A DNA stretch of 64,000 nt from Eledone cirrhosa (Eukaryota), in NCBI GenBank assembly GCA_964016885.1, contig OZ024740.1:386446001-386510000 (forward strand), read 5' to 3'. Position 1 is the stretch's first letter; every line of letters starts with the position of its first letter. Both the position numbers and the translations under genes were made by a program. Shown here piece after piece: positions 48,384-63,134 of this stretch. Under the pieces are notes generated by a model. It was not told the origin of the DNA. It worked only from the letters and a program-made list of their open reading frames with translations, and did no database searches.

Positions 48384-50705
48384 TTGTAGATGATCATTGA
48401 TCATGGGACTGCTTAATCAGGGCTGACCTGGGATTAAACAACAAAACTTAATTAGTTAGTTACTGTTTCTGATGTTCTTCTATTACTCTCATCATGTTTT
48501 GTTTTATCATTTTGGAACGTTTTATTTATTTATTTATTATTTTTAAATATACTTTTCTTTGTCTGACAATACCTCATAAACTTCCTACACATAACTTTTC
48601 AAAATGATCCTCTTTTAGTTTACTTTGTAAAGTCCAATATGTTGCTAGTTTTCTACTATTTTCCCCATGTGATTTAAGAGAATAATTTACTAAATATTTC
48701 GATTCAAATCATGTGATATCTAAATTTTCATCCATATTTTTCGTTTCTTTACAATGAAATCTAGTATTCTCTGTCTTACTTTTAGATAAGCTTCTTATAT
48801 GTATTACTATCTTTCATTTATAAGTCATATGGATCATAAGTTAACCTCCATTTATATTTGTTTTTATTTTTCATATTTATAATAGCTCTTTTGAAACAAA
48901 AACATAAGAGGTCAATAACCTGACATGTTTTGGGGAGAGTGAACAATAAGGTTAGCACAAATAGCTAATACATTAATTTATGTATTTATTTTTCTTTACA
49001 TTTGTCTTCTCCAAGAAATCATAAATAGAATGGCTTTAGCTGGAGGAAATGTTTAACTGATTAAAATATTTTTTCATCAGATAGAACTTTTTTAATAAAG
49101 CTAAATGCTCAACTGTACCAGCCAGTGAGAGAACATCTACTTTGTTGATTTACTTTCCAAAAATAACTGCCAAAGCTCCCTCAAATCATAATTTATTATT
49201 TAAAAGACAAAAGGAGTATATATTTGGTAAATGTGATTCTGGATGGGATATGCTATGTCTGAAAAAAGACAGTGTGATCAAAATTGGAATGTTTTTCATC
49301 ACAGGATTGCTTGATTAAGGTTAACCAAATGTAAAGTAGGAGCACAACTTATTTTGTCAGTCATCTAGCAAACTAAGCTAATAGAGTTACATATCTTGCC
49401 TGAGGACAATGATTTCTAATTTAAGCGTAAGGCCTGCAATTTGGTGAGGGTGGGGCAGTGGCGTGATACCCAGGGAAAATCTTGATTGTATGCCCCAAAG
49501 ACTCAAGTATAAGGTCTAATATACTGAGAAATATGAGAAAGGAAAACATTTTGAATATATAAATGCAGATGAAACATGAAATAAATGCTTTATTCGATTT
49601 TAATATAAATCAATCAAATTTATTAAGTTCTTTTCCCCGAATGATGCCCCCCATCCAAAGGATGCTCGGGGCCAATGCACAGTCACCTCCCCCAACCTCT
49701 GCACGCTACTGGGTGGGGGAGAAAGTCGATTATATTGATCTCAGTATTTGACTGGTACTTTATTTTATTAACCTTGGAAAGATGAAAGGCAAAGTTGACT
49801 TCAGCAGAATTTGAACTCAGAATGTAATGAGCAGAGACAAATGTCACAAAGCATTTAAGCCAATGCTCTAATGTTTCTGCCAATCCACCACCCATGCCTG
49901 GGGACATACTATAATGGCTGCAGTGCTGTTTGGACTCATGAACAAATGGTCAGAAGTTCTCTGTCTTGACTTCATAAAAATAAGAAGGAAAAAAAATTAT
50001 TATCCCACTCTGGAAATATTCCAGAGTATAGGAGTCAGCAAACTAAAGAACTACTAAACTGAGGAACCTCTACATAGTTGTTAGACCTGCTAGAAACAGC
50101 AGGCGAATCCCTCTCAAATAAACCCCAGAAAAGAAAAATTACACATTGCTTAATGCAGTCCTACACCAACTATGCTTGGAAAAAATATGGGATAAATCAT
50201 TAATGTTTGCATATTCAAGATAAAAAAAACGAAAATAAAAGAGAAAAAAGTAAATAACATTAAATAGCAAAAGTACTGGAAAGTGGGAGGGAGTGGCAGA
50301 ATCTACAGATCAGTCTAGAAAGTATATCTCAACTGTAATGTTACAGAGAACAGCCAGCGACACTTGCTACATCAGCCACTCTGTCTCATAGAGCTCTTTC
50401 CTCAGGTGGGATGTACTCCTCGTGAATTTAAAGAGGAAAATAACAGTTTGGGGACTGAGGACCCCAGAAATCTAGATGGCACATGGCACAAAAAAGAAGT
50501 GGTTGGTCAAGTCCCCATATTTAGCTATCTTCCTCTCCTCCATATTATGGGCAGCAGTGCCTGGGATTATGACTGAAACAACAAGAGTAGAGGCAGAGAA
50601 AGTGTCATCCCAGATTAAAGATTTGAAGTAACTATCTACCGTAACTCACAAACCATCTAAACAGTACAAAAACCTTACTTCATCTCTTCAGCTTAAATAA
50701 TTTAA

Positions 50706-50903
50706 CCCTTTAGCATTTATATTACTCTATATTTATTATTATATTTTCACAGTAAAGGCTTTATCTCACATAATTATATCACGTCATATTGAATCTGAGA
50801 TTTTGATATTATTTATTTTGAGAACAATACCTTAACATCAGTAATTGAATAGAAAGAAGTGAGAGAATTCTGGCCGGATATGGTTGGTTTAAATGCCAAA
50901 GGC
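50706..50903. mobile_element. piggyBac-like MITE family A
   Basis: TTAA|ccctttagcattta ... taaatgccaaaggc|TTAA. Related copies at ~54253, ~59486-59590, 61691-62136 and ~63797-64000. Confidence 0.75.
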
Positions 50904-52128
50904 TTAAAGAGTTTTGTGTATATATTTTTTAATAATGTAAAAGAACTTAGCTGCAAAGAAGTTTTCTTTCCAGTTCCCCTGCTCCGAAGAGGATTCTTAA
51001 TATGTTTAATGGATTAAACAGCTGTTTAATTTTTTAAGAGACATACCTAACAATAAATAATGTGGTGCCAAGCAAATGATTAAGAAGAACATTGAGCAGT
51101 TAAGTCAAGAATTGTATTTAACAATTGACTATAGAAAGCTAAATTTATTCAATGAAGAAAATTGCACTGGAGTAAATTAAAAATTAAAGCAATGTTAGTA
51201 CAACAGATATAACTAGAGAACTAAATAAAATAAATTAGGAAAGTGAGTGCTAACATACTATATGTAGTGAACCAATGAATGTTTAGTTAACTGAAATTGC
51301 ACCCATGTTGAGGGAAAAAGTTTCATTAGATAAATGATTCATTCTGGTCAAGAAAGGAAAGGGAGACAATACTTGAATTTAAATTAATTAATTTATTTGT
51401 TACAATATTTCTAATGAACTGACACTGGCTACGATTTTCAAATCATTTTGAAAATAACCAAGAATTTAGAAGGGTTTAGTAATATAACAAAGGTTCTTAC
51501 ATAAAACAGTTGGAAGTTTCTTTTAGATCCTCCTCTTCTAGTTCATCATCTTCATTATTTAACCTTCTTGTCTTTTGATAGCAATGGCTGAATTGGTCAC
51601 TACAGACTGAGTTAGTACTCAAGTGGAGCTTCAGACTTCTCAGATGGGCATCTTGCAAACTTACATTTCTACCCTCTACTGAGTGCTTTGAACATAAGTA
51701 AATATAAAGGATTTAGCATTGGTAAACCAGGGTCAGTTTTGGACTGTTTGGTATCAAAAGAATCAAAAATAGAATTCAGTTGTGAGTGAGTCTGATCTTT
51801 GGCAGTACAATCACAGCTATGGATATGATTCTATGTTATTAAATATTCTCAATGAAGCATAGCCTAACTGTTATTGTTTGAAATGTCTAGAAATAAACAG
51901 AAATTTTGAGAATGAACACTGTTGGGTGTGGCAACATATAAGAATAACTGATGTGGGGAAGAGCAGATACCCAGAGACACCTGCTGAAAGAAATGCAAAT
52001 AATAAAGTGAACATTTAATGTAGTGAGCCAAAAAATGTTAATAGTGTGGAGAAAAGAATGATTTGCTAAATTATTAATTCTAATTAAGAAAGGCAGGGGA
52101 AATATTCCTTAAAATTTTTATTTATTAA

Positions 52129-52383
52129 CCTTTTGATACTAAACCACCTGAAACTGCCCCTGGTTCTGTTATACAAAAGTGTTCGGTTTAAAGTGCTTAT
52201 ATCATATTTATCTAAAAACCTCCCCTCATAATTTTATGTAAGAACCTTTGTTAGGTTCCAAACACCAACTTAATAATGAGAAAGCTAGAATTATTATTAA
52301 ATCTCTCAAAATTCTCAATTTTTTTCAAAATTATTTGAAAATCCTAAACTGTGTCTTTCATTAGAAATAAGGTAACAAAGGGG
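52129..52383. mobile_element. piggyBac-like MITE family B
   Basis: TTAA|ccttttgatac ... ggtaacaaagggg|TTAA. Related copies at ~38080-38304, ~45498, ~46109-46302 and ~58450-58695. Confidence 0.7.
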
Positions 52384-53154
52384 TTAAAATCAATTAAATA
52401 AAGAACACAGTAGAGATAGTTCGATATTTGGCAGTTTTCAAAAGAAAAAGAAAGCTGGTTGATCCATTCCTTAAGGAACCAAATTATTGCAATGTAGGTT
52501 AGTTGAAACATTAGATTTCAGTGTCAAATTATTTTTTAAAAGATGGAATCAATACTTTTTTTGGATGATATTTTTTTGGATGTTCCTTTGAGAAAAGAAT
52601 TTCACAATTTGCTATGAAAAAGAGAATTAATTAGATCACATCAATAATAGATATGAAATGATTGCTGTTATGCTGATTGTCTTTTGTGATAAGATTTATG
52701 CAGTAGTGCATGACTGTTAAAACACTCCATCTCCAATAAAAAGTAACTGTGGTGGTGGTGGTGGGAGATACTTATCCGCTATAAAAAAAGTATTCAAAAG
52801 TACAGAGTAAAAGTAAAATTATGTCACTTGCATGTCTTTAGTTTATCTGGAGACCTTAGCCCCTTTGGAGGGAGTCTCTCATTACATAAACTTGTGAAAG
52901 TAAATAATTGTTTCTACTTTTGGCACAAGGCCAGCAATTAAGTTGATTAAATTGATCCCAATTCATTACTGATACTTAATTTTATTGATCCCATAAGGAT
53001 GAAAGACAAAGCTAACCTCAGTAAATAATAATAACAAAACTACGAGAAAGAATACTCAATCATCATTATCTCATTGATATAAGCTTAGATGGTGTTCGAA
53101 AACGCTCTCTGGCAGAACCCTTAGCACAAACATCCTTGTGGTCTCGGCAGACAA

Positions 53155-53610
53155 AATGGAGAAAGCATTACTCCAAAGAAAATTGAGGGAGATGCATTGA
53201 AACAGCCATTCCAACTTGTGGGACTTACTCCTGTGGGTGATCAAGGAGGTGGTATGAGGACCAAATCACTGGATGTCTCCATATTTAATGACAAAACTAT
53301 CAGAACTAAATATTACATGACAAAACTATCAGAAAGTGACCAATACTTCAACAGCTTGTGATCTTTGGCTTGTCAGGTAACAAAGCCTGGGTCTGTCACC
53401 AAATGTATCAGATTACCATTGGAGAAAGGGTCTTTGAACGTTATATCCCAGATGTTGTCTCGTTGATTCAACCCTATTGGCTCAAGATGCAAAGGGAAGC
53501 TAGTGACGTCCAAGCAATGCTTAATGATCTCATTGAGAGCAGCATGGAGTGGAAGACAACTGGAACTGTGATGGAATGAGGGTGGATGTAGCAGGCACAC
53601 AAAGCTGTCT
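53155..53610 (-). pseudogene. Decayed CRE-clade RLE fragment
   Basis: LHPPSFHHSSSCLPLHAALNEIIKHCLDVTSFPLHLEPIGLNQRD, homologous to 16696-17259. Confidence 0.8.
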
Positions 53611-54014
53611 GAAGTCTTGTTGCACTGGTTTGTATATTATTTGCATATAGTTACATGAGCTACACATAATTCCAAGATCAATTATCTAACCCTTTAATTA
53701 GTGTTTTGGGAGGGTTAGTATCAAAAGGGTTAAAGTCTTGTTTTTTGTAAACATTTTTAATGCTGACTTACTTGAGAACATTCCTTGTAATAAAATATTC
53801 ATATTTAAATGAAAATCTTGGTCAAAATCTGATTATGACATGATTGATATAATGAGATTTCATTTAGTCAACATCAGTACAATATTTACCAGTATGTAAA
53901 ATCCAAAAGCTTGATTATATTGAAAACTAATTGAAACAGATAGGTAGTTTACTCATTGAAATATAGTCATTAAAGGATAAATTCATTCTTAGTATTTTGA
54001 TAGAATAAGATATT

Positions 54015-54215
54015 TTCTTCTTCATTTTCCATCCTCATCACTGAGGATCTGAGACCATGGCCAATTGCACCAATACTCTCCACTGGCTCCTCTTCCTTGC
54101 CACAACTGTACACTCCACCAACATTCTCTGATGTCATCATTCCAATGCCTCCTTGGTTTTCCTCTCAGTCTTCTGCCATTGATGCATCCCTCCAGGATGT
54201 GAGTACAGAGGTTCT
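54015..54215 (-). mobile_element. 3' end of another RTE LINE family
   Basis: LCTHILEGCINGRRLRGKPRRHWNDDIR. Confidence 0.65.
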
Positions 54216-54732
54216 TGGCCCAAAGTATTGTAGCTTTCAGTTATACATTTAACCCTTTAGCATTCAAACTGGCCATATCTGGCCAGAATTCTCTCACTGC
54301 TTTCAAACCTGCTGTAACTGGCCACTCATACTGATGTTAAGGTATTGTTCTCAAAATAAATAATATCAAAATCTTACAGATTTGATATTATGTGAGATAA
54401 TTATGTGAGATAAAGTGTTTACTGTGAAAATATAATAATAAATATAGAGTAATTATCTGGCAGAAAAGGGCTGTTATTGTTATCATCTTTGTTTTCACAT
54501 ACAGTTTTCTATGCTGGCATGGGTTTCACAAGACTTTTGAGGTAATATCCTACAGCCAGATCCCTTCCTGTGTTGAGCTGCAAAGTAATGTGGATTTGTA
54601 TGTGTGGGACATCAATAAAAACTAGTACATGATTAAATAGTGTCACAGTGAAAACAAATGCAGAGACAGACAAACATACATACATACATAGATACATGCA
54701 TACACACATACATATACACATACATACATACA

Positions 54733-55288
54733 TGGTGGCTGCCAACTCATTTTCGAGTACGGCCACTACTTTATACCCATGTAGGAGAACTCCTACCGAT
54801 GCGCTGAACGAGTGTGACTTTTTAGTCCAGCCAGCGACCTGAAAACTCTGGTACAAACACTACACCTATGACAATTATTGACACATAGTGCTGGGCCCAT
54901 GGTACCATGTGACGACAAGTGCAGAGAGATCTCCAGATATAAAGCAATGCCTGTGCCGTGAAGCTTTTATAGTGAGCAAAGGCACTGCACAAAGCCAGTC
55001 CCACTCTCTTAACCAAGATGATATTTACCAAAAAGAAGAACAATTCAACATCATTGGATACCATCAGAGTTGCAGGTGTTATATCAGAGTTTTCCTTCTC
55101 CTAGAATTCTACCTTGACAAAGGCTAAGGGGTCATCTCTCCCGGTGATTTTGGATGGCCATTGACTCTTAAGAGCTCCTTTGCCCTTTGACAGGTTTTGT
55201 TTTTAGTCCTGCAGGATGTCCAAAGTCACCCTCCTCACCAAGAAAACTTGGTGGGGTTGCCAGTTTAGTCACCAACGACCCGACCATG
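54733..55288 (-). mobile_element. Dispersed copy of the bipartite RTE-derived element
   Basis: Reverse complement of the 29-31 kb unit, with (TATG)n-like sequence on both sides. Intact remnant HRCSVCTRVFRSLAGLKSHTRSAHR* at 54793-54870. Confidence 0.9.
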
Positions 55289-55359
55289 AGACATACATAC
55301 ATACATACATACATACATACATACATACATACATACATACATACATACATACATACATA

Positions 55360-57550
55360 CAGAATTTCACTTTCTATCGGCAAGATCTCATACGGCTGTT
55401 TACAGAAACCATTAAAGGCACACAAGAACTGTCCAGATGGTTATCAACTGCCACTACTCTCCTCATTCCCCAAAATAGCCAAACCACCCTTGCTAAAAAT
55501 TACTGCCCAATAGCCTGCCAAAACATCATGTATAAATTATATACTGGGTGCCTTAACCTGTTCTTACAGGATCACTGTGCTACCAACAACATCATAACAC
55601 CTGAGCAAGCTGGTGGAAAGAAGGAGGTGTGAGGTTGCATAGATCACCTACTAACTAACAAAATGATTCAGGAAAAAACAACAAAGAATCACAGAAACAT
55701 GACTGTCATGTGGCTGGACTATCAAAAAGCATTTGATAGTGTACCTCATGGATGGATTATTAAGGCTTTACAGTTAGCCAAAGTCCCACAACCATTGGTA
55801 GCTGCTGTTGAACGCCTGACCAAGAACTGGTACACCAATTTGATCCTTAGAGGTGAGAAGGAGCAAGTTAAGACTGATAAGATACATTACCAGAAGGGCA
55901 TCTTTCAGGGTGATAGCTTGTCAGTGCTACTCTTCGTTCTCTCACTGAATCCACTATCTTACCTACTCAGGAAACAAGGTGGACAAAGAAGTGGGTCCAG
56001 AAGTATCTCTCATCTTTTCTTTGTTGATGACCTGAAGTTGTATGGGCCAAATACCAATGACATCAAGAAACAATTGGACCTCATTACACAATTTTCAACT
56101 GACATCAAAATGAAATTTGGTGAGTCCAAGTGTGCATATTTGGCAGTAAAACGTGGAAGAGCTGTGCCCTCCTCTAGATATGATGGACCCATAAATAAGG
56201 AGAGAACTAGAACTGAATACCTCAGAAGAGTAAAGAAAATATGGTCATCAGAACTGTCAGCGTACAACAAATACATTGCCCACAATACTTATGCTGTGCC
56301 AATTCTAACGCCAACATTTGGCCTGCTGAACTGGTCATTGCAAGAACTAAGTGAGATGGATGTTAGAACTCGCAAACTTCTCAGTGTTACTGGGAACTTT
56401 AACATCAATGGTGATGTGGATAGGCTATACTTCTCACGCAAGGAAGGTGGCCGGGGTCTAAAATCAATATTAACAACATATGAGACCCGGATAGTAACAC
56501 TGAAGCAACACCTTCAACAGAGGGAAAAGGTTGGCAACCATCTTGCCTAGGTTTATGTGCATGAAAAAAAAATATCATTAGAATAGCGACTGATCTGGAG
56601 GAGAGATATGGAATAAAGCCTGATATAAATCTCTCACCCAGAGCAATCGGAAGATCCTATTCAATGTTCAAACAAGATAAAAAAAATTGACCAATTTACA
56701 GAAAAAGTTGTGCATGGATACTTGAGACGTAAAACACAGACCATAGAGGGAATAAACCACTCAAAAAGCCTGGCATGGAGTTCCGACAAGTTTATGACAT
56801 CACACCTTGAGGGATATCTCTATGCAATACAGGAACAAGAACTCCCTACCAAATATCTGCTGCACAAAAGAGGAGGGCCAGCAGCTGACAATAAATGTAG
56901 GCTATGTAAAACAAAGATCGAGGATGTAAGCCACATTGTTGCCAGCTGCGAAAGAATGTGATCTCGCTACTACCTCTCCATGAGACACGATGGGATAGCT
57001 AGAACCATCTGGAACGCACTTCGGAAAACAAAATTAACAATAAACGAGGAAGAATATATTGAGACAGATGGCACTAAGGAATACTGGTGGAACCTGAAAA
57101 TAAAAACTGCCACCAAATTAAAGCACAACCGGCCTGATATTGTTGTTTGGGACCACACATTGAAAACGTGTTCTGTTGTGGAGATCAGCTGCCCACTTGA
57201 TGTAAACATTGTCAGAAAAATACAGGAGAAGGAGGACATCTACGGACCATTGATGAGGAGTTTACAAATCCAGTATCCAAGATACACCTTTAGCTTCATA
57301 CCCATCATTATTGGAGCTACGGGTTATATACCAACCCGCTTGGACCAAAGTATGACTGAACTTGGATTTGCGGACAAAAAGCGCAGCTCCCTAATTCATA
57401 GTCTACAAATGGCTGCGATAGCTGGCACCTTCAAAATTTGCAAAACATTCTTGCGATTCAAGGGATGACAATTTCTTTTCTTTTACAACCTTGCCACCAG
57501 GAAGGTGGCCGGTCAAAATAAATATACTCGAAATTAAGAGAAAGAGATAA
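55360..57550 (+). mobile_element. R4/Dong-like RLE non-LTR retrotransposon, 5'-truncated, with stops and frameshifts
   Basis: WLDYQKAFDSVPH, GIFQGDSLS, HLFFVDDLKLY, GGRGL, AIQEQ, CRLC..HIVASC, RHD, RPDIV and VEISCP motifs. Confidence 0.88.
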
Positions 57551-58012
57551 CATACATACACACACACATACAATGGGCTTCTGCACAATTTCTATCAACC
57601 AAAGACTATCGGAGAACATACTTGCTCAAGATGCAAGATGCCAACCAAAAGTTCATAACCACACCTGAGCATACTACTTCATCATCATCATCATCATCAT
57701 TTTATATCTGTTTTCCATAGGTTGAATGGGTTGCCATAGTCCAAGACTAGACAGGCTGGAATAACCTCATCTTGCTCATACATTCCATATTTGGGTTGGT
57801 TTTTACAGCCAGATACCTTTCCTAATGCCAACCATCTCACTGGGTGTCAAAAGTGTGTTTTATTTTGACACCAATATTAGACAGGTTGTCATATATTCAC
57901 CCAGATTGAAGAGTCCTCTCAAACCCTATATTGTCAACACTGTAGCTTCCAGATTCTCACGACTTTTACTTTTAGAGTCACAGTACTTCATATATATATA
58001 TATATATATGTA

Positions 58013-58250
58013 TGCTTCTGACGGAGTTTTCAAGTTTGTTCGTTGCTTTGTGCTCATTGCTTGACAACCTGAAACAGAGGACATGTATATAATATTATGA
58101 AGAAAAAAGTTTGATCGCTGCAGAGAGCTAAGATTACAGTTACATACTCCAGGGGGATTACTTTGAAGGAGAAAACTCTTAGTGTGAAGTTTGGGTTTGA
58201 AATAAATCTTTTGTGACATCAGTCCTGGAACTTTTCTGACCCACCTCGTA
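58013..58250. mobile_element. Mariner relic / internally deleted element
   Basis: GDYFEG C-terminal motif followed by TIR-like ggaacttttctgacccacctcgTA. Confidence 0.6.
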
Positions 58251-59847
58251 CAAAACATAGCCATGGGAAAATAAACAAAAAATAGCAAGAAATTGAAAAA
58301 TGATATACAAAAAATATGGAAAGTGCTGAATCAATTATATGCATTAAAAACGTTTTATTAATGTCATGTTTTATTAATATCATGTTCTATTTTGTAACTG
58401 AAAAGATTATGGTGTATATATAGAGATGTGACTGAAATAAGCTTTTTAATAGATAACATTTCTAATGAAAGATGCTGCTTATGGTTTTCAAATAATTCTG
58501 AAAATAATCAAGAATTTGGAAGAATTTACTAAAATAACTAACTTCCCATTATCAAGTTGATGCTTGGAATATAACAAAGATTATTACATAAAATAATGAT
58601 GGAAAAAGTTTAGATAAATTTAAGCACTTTAAAATAAACTGTTTTGTATTGTAGAACCAGGGGCAATTCCAGATAGTTTGATATCAAAAAACTTAAATAT
58701 AAGATGCTATAAACAATACTAATAAGGTTAAAACAAATATGTTTTTGTAACTTTTGTTAACAAATCTTTGGATAAAGTTTATTTGAATTCAATTTTTAAG
58801 ATTAGAAATATACATAATCTTTTACCATATATAGTTCTCAATAAGAGATTATATATTAGTTATATGTATTAAGCAACTGTTGGTCATATGCTATTTAATT
58901 ATAATAAATATTTGTCTAATATAGGTAATAAGTAGTTTCAAGATTTGTCAACACTCCTGTAATTGTAAGCATTCTAGTCTTTGATACCAGGAGGTAGGGT
59001 ATGTTTATACAAGAGATTTAAATATAATTCATGAGAGAGACTTAAGGATGTTACAGAAGACTAAAACAAATAGAATGAATCTGGAGAAATAAGTGGATCT
59101 AAATCATAAGAAATAATTAAAAATTCAATAGATAATCTCATGGAAAAATTATGTGGGAAGTAGAAGGTAACTGACTTGATTATGGTAAGAATTAGATGAC
59201 TAGATCAAGTAATTGGAAAAGATTCAGTTGGAAAATGTGAGGTTAAACAGTACATAAGCAAGATATATAATGTATACTGTTGTGTCAATGGATAAAGCAA
59301 CAGGGAATGTTGTAGTTCATCATCATCATTGTCATTATCATTATCACTGTTTAACATCTATTTTCCATGCTTGCATGAGTCAGTAGGCTGTCATGTGCTG
59401 AGGCCAGACTGCTTAGAGGACTAGGTCCTGCTTGTTTTGACTTGGTTTTCATATCTAGATGCTTTTCCTAATGCCAACCACTATTGAGAACAATACCTTA
59501 ACGTCGGTATGAGTGGCTGGTTATGGCTGGTTTTAATAGAAAGAGGTGAGAGAATTCTGGCCGGATATGGCTGGTTTAAATGCTAAAGGGTTAAGCAAGT
59601 TAAAGGTTTTACTATGTGAGGTAACTAGTTCTTTACTAGGTGACTTATATTTATCATCTTGTAAGTTTAGTTTACTTAATGGTTTATAGACACATGCAAA
59701 ACAGATGTTGTAGATATGTAGATAATATGTTCCTAATTGTGGCTATTTGGAATATGTATTTTATATAATATATGCTAGTGATTTAGAAGTGATGTAAAAA
59801 AATGGATTATTTATGTTACAGTCGAAAATAACAATAGAATCCCCCTC

Positions 59848-61135
59848 CATCATCATCACCACCATCATTATTTTATATCTGCTTTTCCATGCTTGCATGG
59901 GCTGGCTGTCTTATCCAGCACATCATCTCTCTACTAATGGTCTTTCGTCATCTCCTCAGTAAACTTCAGCGATTTCAGATCAGCTCCCTTAACCCTTTCC
60001 CAGGTTGCAGTTTCCTTCCTTTGGGATTTCTTGGTCTTTCCTCACACAATGATCATCATCTATATGCATCATAAATCCATACCAACACAGTCTTCTCTCC
60101 TGTATACTACATCTGATTCCTCTTATATCCAGCTTTGCTCTCAGCTCATCCATGTTCATCATTCATATTAACATTGCACATCCATCGGAACATACCCACT
60201 TCATTTCTCTCCAGCCTTCACATATCCTCTGTATCCATTGCCTGTTCCTCACTACCATGCAACATCACACATTGCATGTAGACATCATACAACCAGCCCT
60301 TTGTTCATAGAGAGAAACCTTTTGTTGTCAATAAAGTGAGTAGCTCCCTAAACTTCTTCTATACTGTTCTTATTCTAGCTACTATGCCCTCGGAGTGCCC
60401 TCCTCCACTGCTAATTAGATCACTCAGATAGCAGAAACTATCAATCACTTCTATAGATCCTTCCTGGGATTGGAAAAAGTTTATTTTGCTGATGTCCTTA
60501 CTACCAACCATCCCTGTTCATCTTCCACAGACAGTTTACCTTTTCTTTTAGTCTGCCTGCTACCCCACTACACTTTTTGTGTACACTGTGTAGAGTTTCT
60601 GCTTACTCCTTTTTTATGTATCGATCAAGATCACCTTTATGATGGGATAAGGGTCCTATCTTCTTTCCTACTTACAAAAACTTTGATTTTTTCCCAAATT
60701 TACTCTAAACCTGTTTGATTCTAAGTTCTGTTTCCCAAACCAGAATTTCTTATCTAGCTCTTCTACAGAACCAGGTCATCAGCATACAGAAGTTTCCATA
60801 GATAACTTGATTTAAATTCCTCTATTATGACCTAGAATAATATAATAAATGGGACAGGGCTGAGGACTGAATCACGATGAACACTTACCTACACATTTAA
60901 TTCCTCATTAAACTCATTACCTACTCTCACTTTACTGACAGCACCTATGTACATGGTTTGCACTTCTCTCACAAGCCATTCTTCTATGCCTATTTTCCTT
61001 AAGGACAACCAAATGATAGATTGTGGTACCCTATTAAAGGCTTACAGTTAGCTAGGAGCTTCTCGTGTAGTTGTTTCACTAAGAAGAGAGCATCTGTTTG
61101 ATACAAAATCAAACAGCACCTCATCTAATTTGAAT
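59848..61135 (-). pseudogene. Old RTE LINE RT to 3'-end fragment
   Basis: Minus strand remnants GVHRDSVLSP, KLLYADD, DSFCYLSD and KKFRELL, with a (GAT)n tail. Confidence 0.85.
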
Positions 61136-61690
61136 GTAGTTGCTCCTCTCTAGTGCACCACCTTTTCTCTTGTAACAATTAATGAATTTGATAACGACTA
61201 ATGTTTATAATAAAATTAATAATTTTAATTTTACAGTGGCATCAATGTCTTAAGCATCAACTTGTACTCTAGAAAAATTTGGATATAATAATTTTTATAG
61301 TCAAGTAATAAAGTTTGAAAGGATAATTAATCATTCTAATATTGTTATAGAGAAAGTGAATTACCTGATAGAATGAATGACTGAGTAATGATATAATTAA
61401 CAAAAATACTAGTTAAGCATTTTAATTGTAGCCTAGGAATGCATAGAGATATTCTGGGGGACATTTGGTGTTAATTCAAACTTGCAGTTGAGTTGTGAAT
61501 GAAGAGTGAATACAGCAGCAAGGTGTTAAATATGGAGTTAATGCTGTAAACTTAGATGTCATATGGAGTGATGATGTGAAGTATAAGTACACCAAAGTAG
61601 TTATGGTACAGATAGCCTGTTTTCTGCAGTTTCAACAGAAACTAGATGATAGTGACATCTATGGCCTGAGGAAATCTGTTGCTTCTGTAA

Positions 61691-62136
61691 CCCTTTAGCA
61701 TTTAAACCAGCTTTATCCGACCAGTCGTGTAGAAGACATAGTCGTGTAGGAGACACGGTAAAAAGGCTCCCAGTCCACACTGTAAATGTGGTTGGTTTAG
61801 GAAGGGCATCCAGCCATTGAAAACCTGACAGATACAGTCCTATACGAGTGAGACATGGTCACCCAATCAATCTTGCCTCAAGTCAGACAATTCCCGTCTA
61901 ATCCATGCTAGCATAGAAGATAGACGTTAAACGATGATGATGATGATGAATTCTCTCACCTCTTTCTGCTAAAACCGGCTGTAACTCCCCATTCATACTG
62001 ATGTTAAGGTATTGTTCTCAAAATAAATAATATCAAAATCTCATAGGTGAGACATTATGTGAGATAATAATGTGAGATAAAACCTTTACCATGAAAATAT
62101 AATAGTATATGTAGAGTAATGTAAATGCTAAAAGGG
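61691..62136. mobile_element. piggyBac-like MITE A interrupted by a SINE tail (~61724-61948)
   Basis: TIRs ccctttagcattta / taaatgctaaaaggg. The insert ends in (GAT)n. Confidence 0.75.
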
Positions 62137-62922
62137 TTATTCTAATCTTTAATTTTAATATAATTGTGTAGTTATCACCCAGCCCGCACTGTAAAGTGAT
62201 CATGTAGGTGCCACAACAAAAAGTACCCAGCATACACTGTAAAGTGGTCATGTAGGTGTCATGACAAAAAGCACCCAGCACACACTGTAAATGAGGTTGG
62301 CACTAGGAAGGGCATCCAGCTGTAGAAACCAAGCCCAAATCTTAGCATTGCTCACAACAGGATAACTCGTCTAACCCGTGCCAGAGTGGGAAAATAGATG
62401 TTAAACGGTGATGATGATGATGTTAAAATGGGCGAAAATGTAATAGAAGAGTTAGTTTGTGGAGAGCATTGGTTTTCTATGTGGATGTCATGTGTTTTTA
62501 TACTTTAGTTTTTTTATATTTTAGTTTTGACAGTTTGATAGTTTAGATATAATTTTATTTTTGTTGTTGGTTTTGGCTATATATGTTTGTGTGTGTGTGT
62601 GTCTAACGTTTTTGTGATAAGATTAAACTTAAATAATACATGTGACAAAACTGATAATAGGAACCAAACCTCATATCTGCTGTATACCAGATAAACATAC
62701 AGATAACCAACTACATGAAAATGAACTTAGCTTTTCAATATCAAATTAACTGTATTTAATGTCTAACTGGACAAACTGAAATTGTTTACTGTCAGTTGCA
62801 TCACACAACTTTCACTGGTAAGGGAGCGGTCACTTACTCACCTGTAGGAAAATCAACTACATCACTGTTAAACAAAATACATGACTTATTGAAGAGCTGG
62901 GAGTGTTTGAAATTTGAAAATG

Positions 62923-63134
62923 TGAGAGTCGCAAATGTAGAAAATAGCTGTAATAACAGTTGATCACTATAAATAATAGTTGAGAAAATGAGACAAATTA
63001 TTCTTACAGACAGAAAAAAGTGGAGCTTTTGTCCACTTTTTTTCAATTTCTAAGGGCTTTTAACCCAATTTTCTCAATTATTTAGTTTCAGTGATAGTCT
63101 GTTATTACAGTTATTTTCTACATTTGGGACTCTT
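62923..63134. repeat. Imperfect inverted repeat (hairpin/MITE-like)
   Basis: gagagtcgcaaatgtagaaaatagctgtaataacag pairs with ctgttattacagttattttctacatttgggactct, with further inner pairing. Confidence 0.7.
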
